A stretch of DNA of 64,000 nucleotides from a virus, in UHGV virus genome UHGV-0164982; one strand, 5' to 3'. The notes beneath the pieces are model-generated. The model saw only the letters and a program-made list of their open reading frames with translations. It made no database searches and was not told the DNA's origin. Numbering within the stretch: position 1 is the stretch's first letter; each line of letters starts with the position of its first letter. A program made the position numbers and the translations under genes. This document shows, piece after piece, positions 53,234 to 64,000 of the stretch.

Positions 53234-53773
53234 ATGAATAAAATTATTTTATTTCTAATCTTTTCTACGTTTAGTGTAGGCACTGCCTTGGCTAACTCGT
53301 TGCAAAGTCAAATTGCTGCTATTGCTCAGGCGGAAAATGAAGGGCGAGCTAAAGAGCAGCAAGCTGAGGATGCCAGAAAAGAACTTATTCGCCAACAAGC
53401 ACAAGCTGAACGTATTAGAAGAGAAAAAGCAGCATCTGCCGCTGCTGCACGCGAAAAACAGCGTGTTGCTGCAGAAAATGAACGTAGAGCGAAACGAGAA
53501 GCCGAGCTAGCAAATGACAAGAAGCGAGATCAAGCTTATGAGGATGAGCTTCGCAAGCTGCAACTCGAAAGCATGAAACTCGAACTGCAAGCAAAAGCGG
53601 CTCGTGTCCAGCGAGAAAACGATTTTATAGAGCAGGAGTTGAAGGAGAGAGCAGCTAAGACAGATGTAATTCAGTCTGAGGCTGATGCAAATAGAAATAT
53701 TTCTACAGGAAGTAAAGATTTACTGCAAAGCGAAGGAAAAGCTAGAGAGAAGAAAGCTAGCAGTTGGTGGTAG
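53234..53773 (+). CDS. secreted, highly charged coiled-coil protein (AT-rich cargo)
   Basis: Signal peptide MNKIILFLIFSTFSVGTALA; Ala/Glu/Arg/Lys-rich repeats. Confidence 0.55.
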   Translation: MNKIILFLIFSTFSVGTALANSLQSQIAAIAQAENEGRAKEQQAEDARKELIRQQAQAERIRREKAASAAAAREKQRVAAENERRAKREAELANDKKRDQAYEDELRKLQLESMKLELQAKAARVQRENDFIEQELKERAAKTDVIQSEADANRNISTGSKDLLQSEGKAREKKASSWW

Positions 53774-53829
53774 TAATCACTACGATTGCGAGCATACTAT
53801 CACAAATGACAACTCGTAGAATCTGTTAA

Positions 53830-54420
<591 letters not shown>

Positions 54421-54430
54421 GGGGGCTGAT

Positions 54431-55042
54431 ATGGGGCTTAATGTTGCTTCAGTAAAGTCTTATGTATCTTCGGCATTAACGACGACATTATTTGGCTCCG
54501 GCGTTGGTGAGCGGGAAGTTGGTAAGCTGACGTCAATCATCATGAACAAAATGCTGTTCGCGCAAGGATGGCAGTTCTCTGTCGAAGTTGATGGACTGGA
54601 GGGGGCAGACTTCTTTGCCAAAGACATTACCTACCACGATTACAGCATCGAATATGAAACGATTAAAATCGGCGGAGGGAATATCCTTCAACCAACGGAG
54701 CGTTCGCCTGGGCAGATAACAATGATGGTCAGGGATACCGTTGATGGCCTCGTTTTAGACTGGTTTAAGACGGCAAAAAGTCGGGTGATCAATCCGGACG
54801 GTACCGGGAATATACCGTCTAAATATTTGCTCAATGTGCGTATTTATCGGTTGCTGTCTTCCGGCTTAACCAAACTGGAAAATGAGATGACGGTATTCCC
54901 GGTCACTACCGGCGATGTCACCTATGCGCGGGATCAGGTTACGGAATTTAAGTCATTCCCAATGACCTTCGCATTGCACAGCACGTTTAACCAATCCTCA
55001 AGTTCTTTGGCTTCCCTTCTGGGCTTTAGTTTTTCTCTTTGA
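54431..55042 (+). CDS. probable tail tube protein
   Basis: 203 aa; size and position. Confidence 0.4.
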   Translation: MGLNVASVKSYVSSALTTTLFGSGVGEREVGKLTSIIMNKMLFAQGWQFSVEVDGLEGADFFAKDITYHDYSIEYETIKIGGGNILQPTERSPGQITMMVRDTVDGLVLDWFKTAKSRVINPDGTGNIPSKYLLNVRIYRLLSSGLTKLENEMTVFPVTTGDVTYARDQVTEFKSFPMTFALHSTFNQSSSSLASLLGFSFSL

Positions 55043-55056
55043 ATTAAGGAGCAAGG

Positions 55057-55938
55057 ATGCTTTTACCCCTTTTCCCGCTACCATCGCGGCCAACTGAATT
55101 GATCCAGTTCCGTCAGCCAAATATTGCTGATGCGATGCGTTTCAACTCGATAACACCGGAGGAACAAGAACAACAGACAACGGCGTATTTAAAAGCCTTG
55201 CTGGCTGAACCCGCGAAACATGATCCCCTGACATGGACGGCGCAGGACCGGATTACCGCGTTATGGTGGATATTTACCGGCTCCCGTGAAACACCGGTCG
55301 AGACATTCACCTACACCTGTAAACATTGCGGTAAAGAGCATTATTACGATTGCGATATGAATGCTCTGGCTGAAGATATCCAGGTCCTGGAAGTGGAACC
55401 TTTCATTGACGATATTGAGGTGTCTGTAGAGGGAGTACCTTATCAATGGCGTATCGTGCCGCTTGATGGTTGGGCAATGGAAATGCTGGAGATGCGCCGT
55501 GCAGCATTGCCACCTGAAGACGACGCGGAATTCAAAGAAGCGATCGTTGATTTGCGTTTTTGGGAATTCGCTTATCAGTGTGAGCTTTATAACGATGTTA
55601 GCGGTACTCGTGAAGATCAGGCCGAGCGTCGTTATGAAACGATTAAACGGATGGCCATTGATACTGAATTTATGAAGCTGGCGGCACACATCCGACTGGC
55701 TCATGAAAAGCTCGAACATGGTTTACCGTGCTACATCGATAAAGGCGAAATGCGTCTTCGTCTCCCGCCGCACAAATGCCCAAACCAGGATACAAAGGAG
55801 TCCACAGAGGGTGCGTATACCCGTCTGTGGGTGCCCTTTCGGGCTACCGACTTCATTCCACAGGTGGGGATTGAAAAGCTATCAGACCTTAGTGTCCAAC
55901 CTGGTTTTGTATGGGGGTATACCGATTCAGGACGCTGA
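55057..55938 (+). CDS. structural/assembly protein upstream of sit
   Basis: 293-aa ORF. Confidence 0.45.
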   Translation: MLLPLFPLPSRPTELIQFRQPNIADAMRFNSITPEEQEQQTTAYLKALLAEPAKHDPLTWTAQDRITALWWIFTGSRETPVETFTYTCKHCGKEHYYDCDMNALAEDIQVLEVEPFIDDIEVSVEGVPYQWRIVPLDGWAMEMLEMRRAALPPEDDAEFKEAIVDLRFWEFAYQCELYNDVSGTREDQAERRYETIKRMAIDTEFMKLAAHIRLAHEKLEHGLPCYIDKGEMRLRLPPHKCPNQDTKESTEGAYTRLWVPFRATDFIPQVGIEKLSDLSVQPGFVWGYTDSGR

Positions 55939-56019
55939 AAGGCTCACTGAATCCTATGCGTTTTTCCTGTTGGAGAAACTGGAAGAAAAACTTAAACCGA
56001 AGCGGTAGGCGATAAGATC

Positions 56020-59000
56020 ATGGAAAGAAAAAACGCCAACATTGACGATGTGATAAGGACGGTTGAAACCGCCAGCGCAAAAGAGCTGGAAGAGCTTGCA
56101 GGTATTCGGGAAGCCGTTGAAGATTTGAAAGGGGGGCGAGTTGCTACAGTTGATCCTGTCTCTCGCAGTGTGTCGGCATTAAATCGCACAATCGAAAATT
56201 CCCAGCCAGACTTTGTGGCCAATGCGCCATCAGTGGACCCTATTGTTGAGGCAATGAAACGGCTTAATTTAGGGGACGTTTCTCGTGTAGTTCAGGAGGA
56301 TGTTGCTCTACAGGAACCGCAGGCCAAATCAACTACGCGAAAGGGTAAAAAACGACGCAAGAAGGCTATAACAGAAGATGTAAAGGCGCAACGGACCGAA
56401 GCAGCCGAACACGCTCGCGAAATGTTCGGTCAAAAAGACGGTGCGCAAAAAAGCCAAAACCAACGCGATGCGCGTGGTCGTTTTATTGGAAAGTCAGGGA
56501 GTAAGGCCGCAGCGGAAGATGCCCGTGCTGAACGTGCTGAAAAGGACAGGCGCAAAGAGGATGATGAGCGTCTAAATGCTGAATCAGGTTTATTAAAAAA
56601 ACTGTCAAAAGTAGCTGAAGGCATAGGTAACCCTTCAGAGACTCGTGCCGTCGATGCGTTAGGTTATGCCGTTGCTGGTCCATTGTGGGCCGCAGGGAAG
56701 GAGCTTGGCGGGATATCAAAAGAAGTTGGTGGATCGCTTAATGGTGCCAGAAAGTCTATTGCCGATGTGATTCGTGGCAATGACGATAACAGCCGTAGAA
56801 AAGGTTTTTTTAGGCGTAAATCGCAAAATAGTGCCGATGTCGTTCAGGTTAACACCCAAAAACGGACGGTTCAGGAACTTCAGGAGCAGACCAGCGAAAT
56901 TAAAGAGGGCAATGACAAGATTCTCAGCGCCCTTGATCAGATAGCCAAAAACACCGGGAAAAAGAAGGGCGGCTTGCTGTCCAAATTATTTAGCCTGTTA
57001 GGGAAGGGGGCCGGTGGCGTCGCGTCGTTGTTAATGGGGCGTGGCATGCTGAAAAAAGCTGGAGCACTCGCTTTTGGCGCTCTGGGGGCAAAGAAACTTG
57101 TAGGAATGCTACGCGGTGGTGGCAAGAAGACTCTCGCCCATGAAGGCGGAGATTTGGCTGCCCGGGCAGCAGGTAAACTTGGATTAAAGGCAGTTGGTAA
57201 AGGGGCGTTACGCGCAATTCCCCTGGTCGGCACAGTGGCTGGAGGTATTTATGATGCGGTAACCGGTTGGAATGATACAGAAGCGCAACGTCGAGCGTTT
57301 GGGCTTAAATCAGGACAAGATCCATCATTCCAGCAAAAAGCCGCTTATACGTTAGCTAATGTTCTTGATATGGGGGGGCTTGTATCTGGTATTAGCAGCG
57401 CCATTGGTGAGGTTCTCAAATCACTTGGATTTGAGGATATCGGCAATATGTTGCAATCATTTTCGACGGAAAGTATTGCCCAGGCCATTGATAGTGGGAT
57501 TACCAACTTAGAAACATATATTTCTAACCTTGGCGACACGATTTCTACCAAGTTCGATGATTACACAGCAAAGATTGGTGATGCTGTTTCAGCATGGTTT
57601 AGCGATACATCTAATAAGCTGCTTGAAAAGCTGGATGCCATCAAAGACTTCTTTACTGTCGATAACCTGAAACAGGTTTTCAGTGATGCAATTGATAGTG
57701 CAATTGATTTCATTAAGAACCCAGGGAAACACATTAAAGAGGCGGCTGGTAATATTTGGGATGGGGTTAAAAATTTACCCGGTAAAGCATTAGATGCAGC
57801 GTTTGATGCCGTTAAAAATACCCCTGCGGCAATGATTGTATCAAAAATACCCAATCCGATCGGCGAGGCTAATGCGAAAGAAATCACTCCAGAGTTAAAA
57901 GCTCTGGTTAATAGCCACCAGGAGACGTCTGATTCTAAAACTGAATCCGATGCCAAACAGAGTAATATTGCTACCCGCGTGATAAATGCGGCACTGGACA
58001 CGGCGAAAGATAGCAATAAAACAGTTAAACAAACTGCCAATCAGATTATCAATGCAAATGCAGTAGAAACGGGCAATAGCGCGTTGCAGAAAATTGATAA
58101 AGCTATTGGTCAAAATAGCTCGTCATCATCGTCGCTTAATACCACTGGCACCAGGAATGACATTCAGAAAGCTGCGGATACCTACAATAATGGCAACTTG
58201 GATGTAAAAGTCGGAAGTCTTGGCGCTGAAGGTAAGGCAAATCTCGATAAGTTGGCTCCGTATTTTGCTGAACTAGAGAATAAATATGACCTTCCTGAAG
58301 GTACTCTTTACGCGATCGCTGCAACTGAATCTGGTGGTAATCCTAACGCAAAATCTACGCTTACAAGATCACCAAATGGAAAGCTAAGTGGTGGCGCTCT
58401 CGGAATGTTCCAGTTTACGAGCGTTGCTCGTGAGGAAACTGGATTATCCCGGGAAGATTCTTTTAATCCGGAAAAATCGGCAGAAGCTGCGGCTCTTCTC
58501 ATGAGCAAGTATCTGAAGCAAGCCAATGGAGACTTAAACGAGGCCATCACTGCATATAACGCTGGGTTTGGCACTATCAATAAGTGGAAAAAAGGCACAG
58601 GTGACTTATCGAAAGAAAACCGTGAGTACGCGATCAAGGTCAATACTCATCGTGCTCGCTATTTAGGTGGTGAAATCTATACACCTGGAGCAGGAGCACA
58701 GGGTGGGGCGCAATATGGAGTGAGGGGACCACTGCCTGATAACGCTGTTATCGATCAGTCTACTGGCCTGGCGTTTACCCCTGGTGATAGCCCGTTTGAG
58801 AAAGGCGGTCTGGTAGACAAAATCGGCAATGCTGTTGGCGTTAACGATCTGGTCAACAAATTCATGAATGGCCGGGGTATGCGTCGGGAAGTCGTTCAGG
58901 GAACGCTCGAAGAACGTGCACGAGGGAAGGGGACCGCAACAGCAGCTGGCAATGTGTATGTTGATACTCCGATGCCAGTTGAAGAGGCGCGTCCGGTGGC

Positions 59001-59442
59001 CAGCAACTCAAGTTACTTTGACCAGCTCGGCGCACAAATGGGGATTGATGGACTGTATGACAAACTCATTAATGCCCGGGGAATGCGCTCAAATAATTCT
59101 CCTCAACCAGCCTCCACGTCCCAGGTGACGACTGCCGCCAACGATTTGCAGCAACCAACCGGTCGTATGCAGATAGACGGGCAGGTTATTAGTGACCTTG
59201 GCGGTTCCGGTGCCAAGCCGACAATGCAGTTGGCTGATAATACCGTTTCACTTGATGGTGAAACGAAGCGGCTGTTTGCGCAGATGACCTCATTGCTTGC
59301 CAGGATTGAAGAGCACACCAAAGACTCGGCGAAAGGCCAGGGAACTGTCGTAAAGGTCAGCACGCCTCAGCCGGGCGTTATGCGCACGGTACCACTGTCA
59401 ATTGATGATCCGTTGATGAATGACTACGCGAGAGTTGATTGA
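56020..59442 (+). CDS. sit: Sit, tape-measure-like injection protein with lytic transglycosylase domain
   Basis: 1140 aa; transglycosylase motif ATESGGNPNA...GMFQFT in the C-terminal third. Confidence 0.85.
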   Translation: MERKNANIDDVIRTVETASAKELEELAGIREAVEDLKGGRVATVDPVSRSVSALNRTIENSQPDFVANAPSVDPIVEAMKRLNLGDVSRVVQEDVALQEPQAKSTTRKGKKRRKKAITEDVKAQRTEAAEHAREMFGQKDGAQKSQNQRDARGRFIGKSGSKAAAEDARAERAEKDRRKEDDERLNAESGLLKKLSKVAEGIGNPSETRAVDALGYAVAGPLWAAGKELGGISKEVGGSLNGARKSIADVIRGNDDNSRRKGFFRRKSQNSADVVQVNTQKRTVQELQEQTSEIKEGNDKILSALDQIAKNTGKKKGGLLSKLFSLLGKGAGGVASLLMGRGMLKKAGALAFGALGAKKLVGMLRGGGKKTLAHEGGDLAARAAGKLGLKAVGKGALRAIPLVGTVAGGIYDAVTGWNDTEAQRRAFGLKSGQDPSFQQKAAYTLANVLDMGGLVSGISSAIGEVLKSLGFEDIGNMLQSFSTESIAQAIDSGITNLETYISNLGDTISTKFDDYTAKIGDAVSAWFSDTSNKLLEKLDAIKDFFTVDNLKQVFSDAIDSAIDFIKNPGKHIKEAAGNIWDGVKNLPGKALDAAFDAVKNTPAAMIVSKIPNPIGEANAKEITPELKALVNSHQETSDSKTESDAKQSNIATRVINAALDTAKDSNKTVKQTANQIINANAVETGNSALQKIDKAIGQNSSSSSSLNTTGTRNDIQKAADTYNNGNLDVKVGSLGAEGKANLDKLAPYFAELENKYDLPEGTLYAIAATESGGNPNAKSTLTRSPNGKLSGGALGMFQFTSVAREETGLSREDSFNPEKSAEAAALLMSKYLKQANGDLNEAITAYNAGFGTINKWKKGTGDLSKENREYAIKVNTHRARYLGGEIYTPGAGAQGGAQYGVRGPLPDNAVIDQSTGLAFTPGDSPFEKGGLVDKIGNAVGVNDLVNKFMNGRGMRREVVQGTLEERARGKGTATAAGNVYVDTPMPVEEARPVASNSSYFDQLGAQMGIDGLYDKLINARGMRSNNSPQPASTSQVTTAANDLQQPTGRMQIDGQVISDLGGSGAKPTMQLADNTVSLDGETKRLFAQMTSLLARIEEHTKDSAKGQGTVVKVSTPQPGVMRTVPLSIDDPLMNDYARVD

Positions 59443-59798
59443 TGGCCAACAATAACGAAATTGATCCTTTGCTGACGCTGGAGTTATCCGGCGTAAAAAC
59501 GTATGAGTCCCAGGAGGAGGCCTGGGGCGCTCGTTTATATGAGTGGCTAAACACTTATCAGGGTGAGGTATACGGAGATCCGTCATGGGGCAATGTTTTA
59601 CCGCAGTTTAAACACGAACCGACCAACTTGTCGCATGTTCAAATTGCGGTTGAGGCAATGCTGTTGCAAAAACTGACGGTAGATTTACCCGACATACCGA
59701 TTTCTGGCTTGTCAGTAGCCGAGGGAGATGCTTTTGATAAGTTGAAAATATCCATTCGTATCAGGGATATAACTATCACACAGGACGTGGTGCTATGA
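59439..59798 (+). CDS. baseplate protein
   Basis: 119 aa, coupled to sit stop. Confidence 0.5.
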   Translation: MMANNNEIDPLLTLELSGVKTYESQEEAWGARLYEWLNTYQGEVYGDPSWGNVLPQFKHEPTNLSHVQIAVEAMLLQKLTVDLPDIPISGLSVAEGDAFDKLKISIRIRDITITQDVVL

Positions 59799-61228
59799 GT
59801 AAAACAACACCGACTAAAGACAGTATTCGTGCAGAGTTTGAAGTGCTTGTCGAGAAAGATTCATTCTGGTCGAAGTTTGTCGGCTCTCAATTTGTCTCGA
59901 TGCTGACATTGTTTATTACCCAGATTGTATACAGGTGTTTTCAATATGCCGATGCGGCGCTGGCTGAAGGCTTTATATCGACCGCGACGCGGCGTTCCTC
60001 TATCCTGGCTGCGGCAGAAACGAACAGTTATGTTGGTACCAAGCCAACACCGTCATCGGGGATGATTGAGATCACCGCCACAAGTGAAGATGCCCCAGCG
60101 GTAATTCCCAAAAACATGCCTTTAATATCTGACGACCAGTACCCTTACATGACTATGGATGTATGCAGGTTGGTTGACGGCACCGGTACGGTAGAAGTGG
60201 CACAGTTGGAAATCCAAGAGGTGACATATACCGTTACGGCAGCCAAAGAATTTCTGGAAGTCGTGTTATCAAAGGCTCTCACTGCTGTCTGCTATAAGCT
60301 GGAAGTATTCGTGACGACCGATGGTAAGACCACGCAGTGGTCTTCCAGCACTATGTTCCGGTTAGCCGGTAGTAAAAGCCAGGTCTACGTTGAGTTTTAT
60401 AAACCATCCGAGCAGTTGGGGGTTCGATTCGGCGATGGGCTAATTGGGCAAATACCGCCAGAAGGCTCGACAATTACGCTTAAGGTATGGTGCACCAATG
60501 GCGATATAACCCTGGTTGCTGGCCAAAACCTGACGCCTGTCGATTCTGCGGCTAATTTAGCTAATTTGATTTCAGTTAAGACAACGACACCTATAACCGC
60601 AGGTACCGATGCCGAAACAACGGAGATCACACGTAATCGTGCACAATATTACCTTGCCTATGATGATCAGGTCGTATGGGGCGGGGACTATACGTATTTT
60701 CTGGTGCGTAACATCCCGGGACTGTCCTGGGTAAAGGCATGGGGCGAAGGCCAGCAAGAGAAATTAGATGGTGCTTATAATGTTCGGAATATCAATAAGA
60801 TATTTATTTCAGGATGGCATCCAAACAAAAGCCAGTCAGAGCTTGAAGAAATGATCCTGACTGCCTTTAAGAAGGTACCGAATGAACTGAACAAGAAATT
60901 CTCTTATAAAGAGGTCAGAAAACTACCCTTTAAGATCACCATCACCGGACGGATATCGGCAAGCCTGACCATTGAGAATGTGACCGATGAGCTGAAGTCG
61001 GCACTGGAAACAAAATTTGGGCGCGATTCAACTTTTTTTGATCCGAACCGCGTCGGAAAGTACATCCTGATTAAGAAAAAAGACGTTTGGGCGTTTATCG
61101 AAACGCTGGGTTATTTCCGCGACTTTTATCTGGAATTTGTCGGGTGGAATGAGTCCAACGGCTTTTACGATTTCGTTTATCTGGATACAGAAAACTCCAC
61201 CTTTAATATTTCGTATGAGGAGGAGTGA
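59795..61228 (+). CDS. baseplate protein (bplA position)
   Basis: 477-aa ORF. Confidence 0.55.
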   Translation: MSKTTPTKDSIRAEFEVLVEKDSFWSKFVGSQFVSMLTLFITQIVYRCFQYADAALAEGFISTATRRSSILAAAETNSYVGTKPTPSSGMIEITATSEDAPAVIPKNMPLISDDQYPYMTMDVCRLVDGTGTVEVAQLEIQEVTYTVTAAKEFLEVVLSKALTAVCYKLEVFVTTDGKTTQWSSSTMFRLAGSKSQVYVEFYKPSEQLGVRFGDGLIGQIPPEGSTITLKVWCTNGDITLVAGQNLTPVDSAANLANLISVKTTTPITAGTDAETTEITRNRAQYYLAYDDQVVWGGDYTYFLVRNIPGLSWVKAWGEGQQEKLDGAYNVRNINKIFISGWHPNKSQSELEEMILTAFKKVPNELNKKFSYKEVRKLPFKITITGRISASLTIENVTDELKSALETKFGRDSTFFDPNRVGKYILIKKKDVWAFIETLGYFRDFYLEFVGWNESNGFYDFVYLDTENSTFNISYEEE

Positions 61229-62064
61229 TGCAGCGTTCCTGGTTTAATAACCGGCTTACATCAGCTAAGCAAAAGTCATTGCTCTATAAATCATTGGCTG
61301 ATTTGGTTCAGTCAATGATGGACACCTTTGTTGACCCATGGTTGGAGCGAATTACCAACCGGAAGTCTATTTTCTCCATGAGCAAGGAGGATCTGGAGAC
61401 CAGGACAAATGAACTTGGCCAGTTCTTTACTATCAGAACGTCGAACTCATCTTCCGTTCCGATGTTGTTACAACAGCGTCTTGATGAGATTCACTTTAAG
61501 GGGACTGAACGCCCTATAAACCAGACAATTTACCGCGAATTTAACGGTATTTCTGTTTTATGGGATCCGATATATGCACCGGTGGACCTTGAGCGTCATC
61601 CCTATGGCACGGTTCTAATACCAGAAAGCACACTGGAGACTACCGGCGGCACATTCGGCGAGATGTTTCTGACTTCCAGAGGGATGATCAGTATTCCCAT
61701 AAACGACCTGGCCCGGACAATGGGGATTACTGGCACGATAGATCAGTCCGCAATTACAGAAGAAATTCTCAGAAAGTTTAATCAGTTCGTAAAGCCTCTA
61801 CTGCCACTGCATATAGTGTTTGATGGGCTTACGCTCTATTTGTCGGTTGTTGTAAATGAACACGCCGACATGATCACTTTGAACGAGATTTCTGATACCG
61901 AAAAAGCGTACTGCTGGTTTGAAACTTCGGATACAACTTCGCTTACTGGAGTTACGTCGATTAGCGCTCCGATCACTGCAACGCCGGGCGGCACTATTGT
62001 GAAAGCAACGCCTACGTTTGATCGCACCCGCGCAGATGATTTGCTGCTGGATAGCGATGCCTGA
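61225..62064 (+). CDS. baseplate/tail fibre attachment protein
   Basis: 279-aa ORF. Confidence 0.5.
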   Translation: MMQRSWFNNRLTSAKQKSLLYKSLADLVQSMMDTFVDPWLERITNRKSIFSMSKEDLETRTNELGQFFTIRTSNSSSVPMLLQQRLDEIHFKGTERPINQTIYREFNGISVLWDPIYAPVDLERHPYGTVLIPESTLETTGGTFGEMFLTSRGMISIPINDLARTMGITGTIDQSAITEEILRKFNQFVKPLLPLHIVFDGLTLYLSVVVNEHADMITLNEISDTEKAYCWFETSDTTSLTGVTSISAPITATPGGTIVKATPTFDRTRADDLLLDSDA

Positions 62065-62142
62065 CAATCACCCCGTCCGTAGGGCGGGGTGACAAGTTAC
62101 TTCTCTTACAATGAGGCTTCACAACATTGATTAGGGAAAATC

Positions 62143-62577
62143 ATGTCTGACGTCTCAACAAACCTCTATAAGAGTCAGTTGTTGGACTATTACTATCAGC
62201 GGCGCGCTGAATCGTCCATTAACAAAGGCTCTCGATTTTTAATCAGCAAGGCCGTTTTCGGTACCAGTTCGCTGGTTACCAAGAAAGGAGATGGCACTTA
62301 TGAGATTGGAGAACTGCCAAAGGCTTTCGATCTGGCAGAACTGACCAGTCAATTTTGCACCATCAACCTCGTGCCAACCTACTCAGGTGGGATAATTACT
62401 GTCCGAATGGACCTTGATCAAAGCCAGTTGCAGGAAGGGAAAAACTACCCATTCAACACTCTGGTTGTTCTGGATAACGAGAACAAGCCAATCGCCATTA
62501 TTTGTGTCCAGGAAGACTCGCTGTATGTGGGCAAAACATATACCGCAGTTATGGCCATAAACACGACTACAGCATAA
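62143..62577 (+). CDS. tail fibre-associated structural protein (gene R position)
   Basis: 144-aa ORF immediately upstream of the tail-fibre gene. Confidence 0.5.
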   Translation: MSDVSTNLYKSQLLDYYYQRRAESSINKGSRFLISKAVFGTSSLVTKKGDGTYEIGELPKAFDLAELTSQFCTINLVPTYSGGIITVRMDLDQSQLQEGKNYPFNTLVVLDNENKPIAIICVQEDSLYVGKTYTAVMAINTTTA

Positions 62578-62588
62578 GGATATGCTTG

Positions 62589-64000
62589 ATGAATGACGTT
62601 ACAGTTGTCACATCGGTTACTTACCCATCACCCGAGTCGTTGGCTCTGGTGGCTGATGTGCAATACCACGAACCATATCTGTCAGCCGCGCTAAACCGAA
62701 AATTCAGGGGGATTGTTGACCCGGGATTTTATGCCGGTTTCTTACCTAAGCCTGGCGGTGGGATGAACCTGTTAATCACCTCAGTGGATGGTGATAAAAC
62801 CGCAGGCGCGGCGTCGGTGGATATTGGTGAATTCTACCAGGTAACTATTCAGCAACGTAAGGATATTTCTCTTGCACTTAGTGCAGGCAAGAAATATGCA
62901 ATTGTGCTGAAGGGAAGATACCTCCTTGGAGAAGATACCTATCAGGTGAATACCGCGTCACATATTCATGCGGCTGAATTTGTTGCCAGAACCTATACCG
63001 ATTCATATCAGTTAGGAGATGGGGAGCTGCTTGTTTGTACGGTGAATATCCCTGCTGGTGTATCTGCCATTACCCAGGAGATGATTGATACATCCGAGCG
63101 TATCAACCGCACGATCGGCATTGATATTTCAGACTCTGTAACCAGTAGCAGAAGTGATGTTGCTGCAAGTTCGCTGGCAGTTAAAAAAGCTTACGATCTG
63201 GCGAAAAGTAAGTATACGGCGCAGGATGCAAGCACAACGCAAAAGGGATTAGTTCAGCTCAGTAGCGAAACTAACAGCGACAGCGAAACAATGGCGGCTA
63301 CCCCTAAAGCCGTTAAGTCTGTAAAAGATCTTGCTGATACCAAAGCGCCAATAGAAAGCCCGAGTCTGACAGGAACGCCAACCGCGCCGACGGCAGCGCA
63401 AGGTACAAATAGCACGCAGATCGCAAATACAGCCTTTGTTAAGGCAGCTATAACGGCACTTATCAACGGTGCACCTGGCACACTGGATACGCTTAAAGAA
63501 ATAGCTGCTGCGATCAATAACGACCCGAATTTCAGCACAACTATCAACAATGCTCTGGCTCTTAAAGCTCCTTTAGCAAGTCCTGCATTAACGGGAATAC
63601 CTACTGCGCCTACCGCTGCACAGGGTACGAATAACACGCAGATTGCTACGACCGCTTATGTAAGAGCTGCCATATCCGCATTGGTTGGTTCATCACCAGA
63701 AGCTCTTGATACCCTGAATGAGCTTGCCGCAGCACTTGGTAATGACCCGAACTTTGCGACAACAATGACAAATGCGCTGGCAGGCAAACAGCCTCTGGAT
63801 GCAACTTTAACCGCGCTCGCTGGCCTTGCGACTGGTGCAAACAAACTGCCTTATTTCACCGGTAAGGATACGGTAGCGCAGACTGATTTAACGTCAGTTG
63901 GTCGCGATATTCTGGCCAAAACAAGCGTTCTTGCTGTTATCCAATACCTTGGTTTAAGAGAACTCGGTACCAGCGGTGAAAAGATCCCCCTGTTGAGCAC
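62589..64000 (+). CDS. S: tail fibre protein S, N-terminal constant part (partial, runs off window end)
   Basis: Hand-translated open frame from ATG 62589; repeated TAAQGTNSTQIANTAFVKAAI and DPNF motifs typical of phage tail fibres. Confidence 0.8.
   Translation, partial: MNDVTVVTSVTYPSPESLALVADVQYHEPYLSAALNRKFRGIVDPGFYAGFLPKPGGGMNLLITSVDGDKTAGAASVDIGEFYQVTIQQRKDISLALSAGKKYAIVLKGRYLLGEDTYQVNTASHIHAAEFVARTYTDSYQLGDGELLVCTVNIPAGVSAITQEMIDTSERINRTIGIDISDSVTSSRSDVAASSLAVKKAYDLAKSKYTAQDASTTQKGLVQLSSETNSDSETMAATPKAVKSVKDLADTKAPIESPSLTGTPTAPTAAQGTNSTQIANTAFVKAAITALINGAPGTLDTLKEIAAAINNDPNFSTTINNALALKAPLASPALTGIPTAPTAAQGTNNTQIATTAYVRAAISALVGSSPEALDTLNELAAALGNDPNFATTMTNALAGKQPLDATLTALAGLATGANKLPYFTGKDTVAQTDLTSVGRDILAKTSVLAVIQYLGLRELGTSGEKIPLLS

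Noticed and set aside
56430-58643. Multiple minus-strand ORFs inside the sit gene
   Set aside because: They are antisense to a long, well-supported 1140-aa gene and have low-complexity Ala/Ser/Pro-rich translations.
63254-63844. Minus-strand Ala/Val-rich ORFs at the window end
   Set aside because: They mirror the repetitive tail-fibre coding sequence, which is open on the plus strand from 62589 to the window end.

Overview
The window is a P1-family phage-plasmid backbone, read in the opposite orientation to the usual P1 map. It runs from cre/loxP and the ImmC region (coi, c1), through pacAB, lpa, phd-doc, humD, hot, early operons guarded by C1-operator-like sites, a baseplate/tail block, dmt-hrdC, the RepA iteron replicon with parAB-parS, head/sheath genes, the kilA-repL and ImmI (icd-ant) modules, and sit/baseplate genes, into the start of the tail-fiber gene. 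Identifications rest on reading the translations and on recalled P1 biology; no searches were run, so P1 gene symbols outside the well-known loci are tentative. Against that backbone, the strongest candidate for something undescribed is an AT-rich cargo island at about 27.8-33.0 kb, sitting between the baseplate genes and dmt where, as I recall it, P1 carries tciABC, tRNA genes and ban. It contains a 311-aa acidic orphan protein, a small Lys-rich protein next to a membrane-anchored protein, a decayed glycosyltransferase gene with a perfect 17-bp palindrome, an ORF-poor 0.85-kb spacer and a solitary IS609-like tnpB. Other candidates are a second, divergent icd-ant cassette wedged between c1 and pacB, an AT-rich lipoprotein plus secreted coiled-coil pair beside ImmI, a tandem Ea22-like array with one frameshifted copy, a C1-controlled operon of glycosyltransferase-like enzymes, and a hok/mok locus.
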